A stretch of 13,607 bases of DNA, taken from contig JAYEJL010000076.1 in the NCBI GenBank assembly GCA_034660555.1, positions 1 to 13,607 on the forward strand. The letters are read 5' to 3'. The notes under the pieces are model-generated. The model had not been told where the DNA came from and searched no databases. It saw nothing but the letters and a program-made list of their open reading frames with translations. Made by a program: the position numbers and the translations under genes. Position 1 is the stretch's first letter. Each line of letters starts with the position of its first letter. Shown here piece by piece: positions 7,252 through 13,607 of the stretch. This DNA is from Thermotogota bacterium (GTDB taxonomy: Bacteria; Thermotogota; Thermotogae; Petrotogales; Kosmotogaceae).

Positions 7252-8592
7252 TCAAAACTCTATGAATTCAAGATTTGCTGGAATTTCTATGTCGAATTCG
7301 TATTGTAATTCATCTTTTAGGTTTAAAAGTGCTTCTTTATCTCCGTGAACATATATTAACTTAGATGGTTGAAGATCACGAGGTAACTGAATTAATTCAT
7401 CATAACTTGCATGACCGGAGAAGTTGTAGATATCCACATCGCTTTTTAACTCTATCGGCTTAAAATCCTCTCCATTTTCCGAAAAGACTATTTCCTCTTC
7501 TCTGTTTCTGTGAGCTTCGAGTAACCTATAACCATTTGATTCAGGGCTTTGATATCCCATAAAAAGCACAGCGTTATTATGTGATTTAATTATTTCTTTA
7601 GCAAAAATGTATGAAAGTGTGTCTTCTATGAGCATTCCTGAACTTAGGATCAAGATCATTGGTTTATTTGAATTAAGAACAGGTTCGATTCTCTTTGGCA
7701 TAACTTTCACGTACTGTGAAATTGATTCTGCGAACCATTCTCTTTGTTCATCGTTTATGCCCAAGTAATCTTTCAAATATAATTCTGTTATCACAAGAAC
7801 CATTCCATTAATATATATGGGTACTCTTGGTATTTTTTCTTCATCCATCATCTTCAATATCATATGTAATACTTCTTGGCCTCTTCCAAGAGCAAAGACG
7901 GGTAGAAGTGCACATCCTTTGTTTTCAAGAACGGAAGATAATTTTTCGTTTAATCTTTTAAGTTCATCATATCTTGTAGCTCCATATCCTTCTTTAAGCC
8001 CATAAGTTCCTTCTGAAATTAAAACATCGATGTCTTCTGGTAGTTTTGCTGCTGGAATTGTGTACTGATCAGATAATGAAATATCGCCCGTGTAAAAGTA
8101 CCTATTTTTTTGGTGTTCTATCAATACCGAAGATGCACCCATGACATGACCGGCAGGATACAGTGTGAGATAAGCTCCTTTACTGAGTTTATAACGTTTA
8201 TAATAAGGTAAAGAAATAATATGTCTTTTTGTTTCTTTGACCTGTTTGTGACTGTAAAGGATAGGTTCATTATCTTTTTCAAATTTCTTTTTCATAATCT
8301 CTACTGAATTCCTCAGGATTCGGACAGAAAGAGCCTTATTTTGCTTTGCAGTTAAAACCTTCACATTAGGAAATTCTTTTATTATGTAGGGCAAAGAAGA
8401 TAGATGATCATAATGAGCATGAGAAACAATTACATAGTCAACTTTCTTTAGATTTTCAATGTAAGGAAGCGACTCGTAGCCTTCTCTAACCGGATGGCGA
8501 CCGGCATCTATTAATATATCAAGTCCAGCGACATTAACCAGATAACAGTTGGCACCTATCTCTCTGCCGCCACCAAGGGGTTTAAACTTCAT
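7252..8592 (-). CDS. MBL-fold beta-CASP ribonuclease (CPSF73/Ysh1-like, COG1236 type)
   Basis: Start revised to ATG 8592 (MKFKPLGGGREIGANC, 446 aa) with RBS AGAGGAGG upstream. Motifs DAG, SHAHYDH, AGHVMG, YTGD, SEGTYG, PVFALGRGQE, SGML, GYQ, FSGHA, VHGD. Confidence 0.9.
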   Translation of the reverse strand: MKFKPLGGGREIGANCYLVNVAGLDILIDAGRHPVREGYESLPYIENLKKVDYVIVSHAHYDHLSSLPYIIKEFPNVKVLTAKQNKALSVRILRNSVEIMKKKFEKDNEPILYSHKQVKETKRHIISLPYYKRYKLSKGAYLTLYPAGHVMGASSVLIEHQKNRYFYTGDISLSDQYTIPAAKLPEDIDVLISEGTYGLKEGYGATRYDELKRLNEKLSSVLENKGCALLPVFALGRGQEVLHMILKMMDEEKIPRVPIYINGMVLVITELYLKDYLGINDEQREWFAESISQYVKVMPKRIEPVLNSNKPMILILSSGMLIEDTLSYIFAKEIIKSHNNAVLFMGYQSPESNGYRLLEAHRNREEEIVFSENGEDFKPIELKSDVDIYNFSGHASYDELIQLPRDLQPSKLIYVHGDKEALLNLKDELQYEFDIEIPANLEFIEF

Positions 8593-8730
8593 TATATATT
8601 TGCCTCCTCTGCATGTTAATTCTATCAGAAATGGGAAATACTTTCTTCTTTGTTTAGAAGCTTCAAAGGAGTAAAATAATAACAACGTTCTTTATTCATC
8701 GTATTCTTAAAAAGTGGCAGGAGGGTTATA

Positions 8731-10086
8731 ATGGAAAATGAATGGGGATATATCATCAATCTACTTTACCTTGCTTTACTTTTTGGCGCAGTAGCAATTA
8801 TAAAAAGCCTTATCAGACCTCTAAAAAAGCTATTATTACCCAACTCTGTTCTTGCCGGATTTCTTGGAATTTTATTTGGTCCCAGTGTACTGGGAATACT
8901 TAATTTTTCGTATGATCGCCTTGGCGTTATGGTCTATCATTTGATGGCCATTGGGTTTATAGCAATTGCTTTAAAGAGCCGGAAGAAAAATTCTACACGG
9001 ACAGCTGTTAACACAGGTTTTATGATTGCTGTTTCTTATGCGATTCAGGGAATTCTTGGTTTTAGTGTAGCGCTTTTCATATTCTTTACGTTTTTCAAGG
9101 ATGTTTTTATGCCTTTTGGGTTGTTATTACCCCTGGGATTTGCGCAGGGACCAGGACAGGCATATTCAATGGGAACGCAATGGGAAGCTTTGGGATTTAT
9201 TAACGGAGGTACAATAGGTCTTGCCATTTCGACTTTTGGTTTTTTATGGGCAGCTTTTGGAGGGATAATTCTGCTAAATGCTCTAGTTTTCAGAAAAAAG
9301 GTTGGACCTTTCAAGATGGAAAAGCCAAAGGTTAGGAGAAGCGTTGAAACAACAGTTAAAGACTATGAATTTTCTGATATTGATGGTATGACTATTCAAA
9401 TGCTTACGATAGGTCTTGTCTATTTTGTAACTTATATGTTTTTGAAGTGGTTTACGGGGTTTTTAGGCGATTTTGGTGCTTTTGGTGAAACATTTGCCCA
9501 GGTGTTATGGGGATTTCACTTTGTAATTGGAGTTATGTTTGCGTTTATTTTTAGAAAGTTTTATGACAAATATCGGAATAAGAAAGAAAAAATTGAGTAC
9601 GTTAATAATTTCCTTCTTCAAAGGGCAGCTGGAGTTGTTTTTGATTTCATGGTTGCGGCTTCTATTGCAGCAATATCCTTTGAGCTAATAAGTGAGTACA
9701 TTGTTCCAATTATTTTGTTAACTACTATAGGTGGTTTTGGAACAATGCTATATTCTATTTGGTTTTGCAAAAGGATCTACAAAAATGCTGTTCTTGAGCA
9801 TATTATAGCGTTTTTTGGAATGCATACGGGTACAATATCTACGGGCATGGCACTATTAAGAGAGGTTGATCCACAATTCGATTCAGGAACTGCTGAAGAT
9901 ATGGTTATGGGTAGTGGACTTGCACTGTTTCTTGGTTTACCTTTAATGCTTATAATAAACATTCCTATAATGGGGTTCAGACTCAATCAACCCATTTACT
10001 ACCTTTATACAATTTTAGCATTAATAGCCTATTTCGCAGTTATGTATATATTCTGGTTTAGGAAAGTGCGCGTGGATAAAGAATAA
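8731..10086 (+). CDS. Sodium:glutamate symporter (GltS/ESS family) membrane protein
   Basis: 451 aa with many hydrophobic helices. Re-entrant loop motifs GFAQGPGQA and GMHTGTISTGMALLREVDP. RBS GGAGGG. Substrate inferred from family only. Confidence 0.8.
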   Translation: MENEWGYIINLLYLALLFGAVAIIKSLIRPLKKLLLPNSVLAGFLGILFGPSVLGILNFSYDRLGVMVYHLMAIGFIAIALKSRKKNSTRTAVNTGFMIAVSYAIQGILGFSVALFIFFTFFKDVFMPFGLLLPLGFAQGPGQAYSMGTQWEALGFINGGTIGLAISTFGFLWAAFGGIILLNALVFRKKVGPFKMEKPKVRRSVETTVKDYEFSDIDGMTIQMLTIGLVYFVTYMFLKWFTGFLGDFGAFGETFAQVLWGFHFVIGVMFAFIFRKFYDKYRNKKEKIEYVNNFLLQRAAGVVFDFMVAASIAAISFELISEYIVPIILLTTIGGFGTMLYSIWFCKRIYKNAVLEHIIAFFGMHTGTISTGMALLREVDPQFDSGTAEDMVMGSGLALFLGLPLMLIINIPIMGFRLNQPIYYLYTILALIAYFAVMYIFWFRKVRVDKE

Positions 10087-10092
10087 AGTCTT

Positions 10093-10124
10093 AATTTGGT
10101 TACCAAATTTTCAGGTGATATAAT
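10093..10124 (+). promoter_or_regulatory. Promoter of the lipoprotein-protease operon with an overlapping palindromic operator
   Basis: TTGGTT (10096-10101), 17 nt spacer, TG-A-TATAAT (10119-10124, extended -10). Perfect inverted repeat AATTTGGT-T-ACCAAATT (10093-10109) covers the -35. Confidence 0.65.
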
Positions 10125-10174
10125 TGTTTAATGAATTAACATTCTAATTACTTTAACCAAAGGAGGTGAGGTTC

Positions 10175-11665
10175 GTGAAGAAATTTTTACTTTTTGGGCT
10201 GGTTCTATTGATGGTTCTAATGATGGCTTCGTGTTTCAAAGCTTCATTTGCCGTTATTGAGCTTACGATAGAACCGTTAAAATGTAACATTGCTAATGGA
10301 ACAGAAATAACATTTTCATGGGAGTATGAGTCTCAAGATGATGTGAAAGTTTCAAATCAGGTACTGAATATCGGTGATGAGGAAATTCCTGTTACAGGTA
10401 CATCTTATGTAACAGAATTGGCAACCGGTGTATACTATGTATGGCTGGAAGCTGAAGTACAGAATGATAATATGTTTGCCAAGAAACCAACAACGGTAGA
10501 ATCAAAACATTATAAACTTGTTGTTTATGATCCAGGAGTAAAATTCTTGAATGAAGAAACAGCATATGCTACAACAACAGTAACTGTAGAATGGGAACCT
10601 GTTGATGGTCTTGAACACAGCTATTCATGCTCTATTGACGGGAAAGAACCTGAAATTATTGATAGTACTTCTAAAACATTTGAAGGATTATCAGAAGGGG
10701 ATCATACATTGTCTGTGAAGATTGCCGAAGATGAAGGTTACCCTTCCGAATTTAATTTTAAAGTAGATATGACAGGTCCTTCTGTTTCAGTTTACGGTAC
10801 AGATCGATATACTACTGCTCTTGGTGATGGAGATTTCAGACCCTTTGGGAGATATGCGTTAATATACTGGGGATTCAGCGAACCTGTGAGTGCTGCTGAA
10901 ATCAGGATCAGGCAGTTTACAGATGACGGACTTAAATGGGTGACCAACTGGATTCTCTGGGATCCAGAATATGACTGGATTTTAATTAACGATGATAAGG
11001 TCACATTATACATGCCACAGGGTGTGGCATATATGGAAGACGTTTTTGTACTTGGTGAGAGTTATCTCATATATATCGCAGGCTATGATGAATTAGGTAA
11101 TTGGAACTATAATTATGCGTCATTCAAGCTTGAAGAAAGATATACTGATGATACAAAACCCGAGATTTTAGTCAAGCCTGTTGCAGTAACATCAGCAACT
11201 GAAGATGCTTCAGGGACGCTAACTGTTTCAGTAATTACGCCAAATGTCAAGGAATACATAGCCAATCTTTTTCAGGAGTATTTCGCACCAGATAACACTG
11301 AGAATAGCTCTCTCATGTATTTGCAAACAACATTGAAACACAGTGAAGGATTAAAAGTTGACTCTGTTGAAATGCCTAACTACATGGAGAAAATGAGGGA
11401 TCTTTCTCAATATCGTGTAGGAGAAAGTGCTGTTACATTCTTTAAAGGATTTGTCGCTGGTTTGGGTATAGAGGAAGAAGCTTACGATATAATTGCTGAA
11501 GTCACTTTCAAATTTGGAACAGAACTGAATGGAACCAATGCTCAAGTCGGTCTTGGTTATGATTACTATATAAGAGACTTCAATAACAGGACAATTGACG
11601 GGATAGTTGTGGATAATTTCATGTACAATGTTGAAATTCCCACCCCGGAAGAACTGGGAATGTAA
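10175..11665 (+). CDS. Multi-domain lipoprotein with beta-sandwich (Ig/FnIII-like) modules and a putative C-terminal cohesin domain
   Basis: Start revised to GTG 10175, 8 nt after AGGAGG (496 aa). Signal peptide II MKKFLLFGLVLLMVLMMAS-C (Cys codon 10232-10234). YSCSIDG..SKTFEGLSEGDHTLSVK is an Ig-like module pattern. The C-terminal ~160 aa has a cohesin-like strand pattern. Confidence 0.75.
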   Translation: MKKFLLFGLVLLMVLMMASCFKASFAVIELTIEPLKCNIANGTEITFSWEYESQDDVKVSNQVLNIGDEEIPVTGTSYVTELATGVYYVWLEAEVQNDNMFAKKPTTVESKHYKLVVYDPGVKFLNEETAYATTTVTVEWEPVDGLEHSYSCSIDGKEPEIIDSTSKTFEGLSEGDHTLSVKIAEDEGYPSEFNFKVDMTGPSVSVYGTDRYTTALGDGDFRPFGRYALIYWGFSEPVSAAEIRIRQFTDDGLKWVTNWILWDPEYDWILINDDKVTLYMPQGVAYMEDVFVLGESYLIYIAGYDELGNWNYNYASFKLEERYTDDTKPEILVKPVAVTSATEDASGTLTVSVITPNVKEYIANLFQEYFAPDNTENSSLMYLQTTLKHSEGLKVDSVEMPNYMEKMRDLSQYRVGESAVTFFKGFVAGLGIEEEAYDIIAEVTFKFGTELNGTNAQVGLGYDYYIRDFNNRTIDGIVVDNFMYNVEIPTPEELGM

Positions 11666-11677
11666 GGGGGGATTGAG

Positions 11678-13120
11678 ATGAAAAAATTACTAATTATAAT
11701 TTCATTGGTTTTAATTGTTGGAAGCTTATTTGCTGGTGAGATTTATGACCAAGCAGTTGTGAACGCGAATGAAATCAACGAGAAAATTGCTGAATTAAAA
11801 TTACCTTGGACTGCTGGAGCTCCTGAATCTTTGAAACAGTTTGAAGCCCGTGGTATAAAGGAGCTTGAAGCTATTTTCGACAAGTGGCATGGGTATAGGG
11901 ACCTTCCTGAACCTGCGCAAAGAGATATTCATAAGTACTTTTTTGCTGACAAAGCCACAACAAGGGATTCTCAGATAGTTTCAAGTCAGTTCATGTATTT
12001 CGCTAATTTTGACATTGTTCTTCCTGATTCTTTTATACAGGTTCACACATCAATCAAGAATCAGGCATATCATGGAACTTGCTGGGCTTTTGCCACGGTT
12101 GGTGCTTTTGAAAGTGCGATGATGGTTCAAAAAAACGGTTTGTTTGGTAGCGAAACAGCTTCACCTGTTACACAGCAGCTGGATAATTGCGATTTCTCAG
12201 AACAATTCCTCTCTTTCCACAATATAGACTGGAATGTTTATATCGAATCATATTACGATCCGACAGAGTCTGACCTTATTATTCAGGATGCAAGTCACGA
12301 CGCAGGTGGTAATATGCATTTTTCAACCTATAATAGTATCCGTTATGGATTGCCATTGGAAGAAGATTTCCCATACAAAGGGTTCGATGTAAACCCGTGG
12401 ATTTTATGGAACCCTGTGGTTGATGATTGGAGAGATCGAGTAGAAAAGAGCACAAAGACTATACAGATTTATTATGGAGATGAACTAAGCTGGATGGGTT
12501 TGCCTTATGAATACTATAACTGGGCAATAAAAGAAGCTTTATTAAAATTCGGTGCTATCGGAGTATCATTTAGTGTACCAGATGATTTCCACTATTATAG
12601 TGAAGGAATTTATATTCCTATGACAGATGAAAAAAGTGGCGGACACGCTGTAACACTTGTTGGTTGGTTTGATATGGATGCAATAAAAGAACTTGGATGG
12701 GCTTCCGAAAATGCAACTAGTATCGAAGTAAATGATCCATTTTCTGGATTAACCTGGGATGCAACGGAATTCTGGGTTATCAAAAACAGCTGGGGAAAAT
12801 GGGGATGGAATGGTTACTATGTTGTTCCTATGGCTTCCAAAGAATTGTATAATATCTCCGCTGAATATGGTTATGGTATAACACCCTGGATGATAGAATT
12901 CAGAAACATGTTCGTTCCACTTTTTGAAGAAGCCTATACAGATCTTGAAAATATTGACTTTAACAATGATGGAAAAGTCGATGAGGAAGATTACGAACTT
13001 ATAGTAGAAGCTTATGGTACTTACAATTCAACTTATGATATCTCAATCCCAAGAGATGGTTATGTAGACCATGAAGACATTGCGAGATTTTTGCTTATAG
13101 CTAATTCGATAGCTGATTAA
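11678..13120 (+). CDS. Secreted papain-family (C1A) cysteine protease with a C-terminal dockerin-like domain
   Basis: 480 aa. Signal peptide I (..GSLFA|G), propeptide with WTAG, oxyanion Gln129 and Cys135 in QAYHGTCWAF, DFSEQF, His323 in GGHAV, Asn370 in WVIKNSWG..WGWNGY. C-terminal paired Ca-binding loops DFNNDGKVDEED and DISIPRDGYVDHED. Confidence 0.92.
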   Translation: MKKLLIIISLVLIVGSLFAGEIYDQAVVNANEINEKIAELKLPWTAGAPESLKQFEARGIKELEAIFDKWHGYRDLPEPAQRDIHKYFFADKATTRDSQIVSSQFMYFANFDIVLPDSFIQVHTSIKNQAYHGTCWAFATVGAFESAMMVQKNGLFGSETASPVTQQLDNCDFSEQFLSFHNIDWNVYIESYYDPTESDLIIQDASHDAGGNMHFSTYNSIRYGLPLEEDFPYKGFDVNPWILWNPVVDDWRDRVEKSTKTIQIYYGDELSWMGLPYEYYNWAIKEALLKFGAIGVSFSVPDDFHYYSEGIYIPMTDEKSGGHAVTLVGWFDMDAIKELGWASENATSIEVNDPFSGLTWDATEFWVIKNSWGKWGWNGYYVVPMASKELYNISAEYGYGITPWMIEFRNMFVPLFEEAYTDLENIDFNNDGKVDEEDYELIVEAYGTYNSTYDISIPRDGYVDHEDIARFLLIANSIAD

Positions 13121-13132
13121 GCAATATCAAAT

Positions 13133-13606
13133 TTATTGATTGTTATTTTCAGGGCTTCCATTTTGGAGGTCCTGTTTATTTGTTTCTTCGTAGCTGTAGT
13201 TTCTCAATTTTTTTATACCCAGGAAAACGATAGTACCAACGACTATTATGAGATGGTAGGTAAGTATTCTCCATACTGCAATACCTACGCCCAGCATACT
13301 TTCAGAAACAGAACCATCGAGCATAAAGAATAGTCCTGCTTCCATGGCCCCGCTGGCACCAGGTGAAGGAACATAGTATGCGACAAGGTAAAGTAGTTCC
13401 TGAATGCCCCATATTTCTATTAGCGAAGCGTTAAGCACTTCTCCAGATGAGCTAGCTATTCCCACCAGTATGAAGTACAAAATGAACTTAAATACAAAAC
13501 TGAAGGAAATTGCAAGAAAAACATCGAGGATCATAAATTGTGGCCCTTTTCTCCAGAGGATATACATATACTTATGGAATTCTTCAAATTTTTCTCTCAA
13601 TATTTC
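13133..13606 (-). CDS. UPF0104/lysylphosphatidylglycerol synthase TM-region (flippase-like) membrane protein, 5'-partial
   Basis: PSPGASGAME and WRILTYH motifs with hydrophobic helices. The frame stays open to the window edge, so the true start lies outside. Confidence 0.82.
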   Translation of the reverse strand, partial: EILREKFEEFHKYMYILWRKGPQFMILDVFLAISFSFVFKFILYFILVGIASSSGEVLNASLIEIWGIQELLYLVAYYVPSPGASGAMEAGLFFMLDGSVSESMLGVGIAVWRILTYHLIIVVGTIVFLGIKKLRNYSYEETNKQDLQNGSPENNNQ

Positions 13607-13607
13607 T

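Noticed and set aside
8593..8685. 31-aa N-terminal extension of the beta-CASP ORF
   Set aside because: The family fold starts at MKFKPLGG and the RBS AGAGGAGG lies inside the extension.
10166..10174. GTG 10166 as the lipoprotein start
   Set aside because: Overlaps the AGGAGG RBS; GTG 10175 gives proper spacing and an MKK signal peptide start.
7817..13333. Short antisense ORFs (7817, 9045, 9777, 10792, 11351, 13136)
   Set aside because: Shadows of longer genes with clear family motifs on the opposite strand.

Overview
AT-rich bacterial window, probably Thermotogota-like (inferred from gene content and protein style, not verified). From left to right: (1) a scar at 298-701 where the 3' end and terminal inverted repeat of an IS256-family element abut the orphaned 3' end of an unrelated gene; (2) a minus-strand sugar cluster (ROK repressor with a palindromic operator, a chimeric GH3-like N-terminus/LacI C-terminal ORF, class II aldolase, rhamnulokinase-like and xylulokinase-like FGGY kinases) with no isomerase or transporter; (3) about 600 bp of non-coding DNA containing short hairpins; (4) a tRNA-Leu(TAA)/tRNA-fMet/tRNA-Met operon with its own promoter and terminator, just downstream of a beta-CASP RNase gene; (5) a GltS-family symporter; (6) a two-gene operon encoding a lipoprotein with a C-terminal cohesin-like domain and a secreted papain-family (C1A) cysteine protease with a C-terminal dockerin-like domain; (7) the 3' part of a UPF0104/LPG_synthase_TM membrane protein gene. 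The most interesting candidate is (6), a possible non-cellulosomal cohesin-dockerin system that tethers a protease to the cell envelope. All family assignments come from motif recognition by eye; no searches were run.
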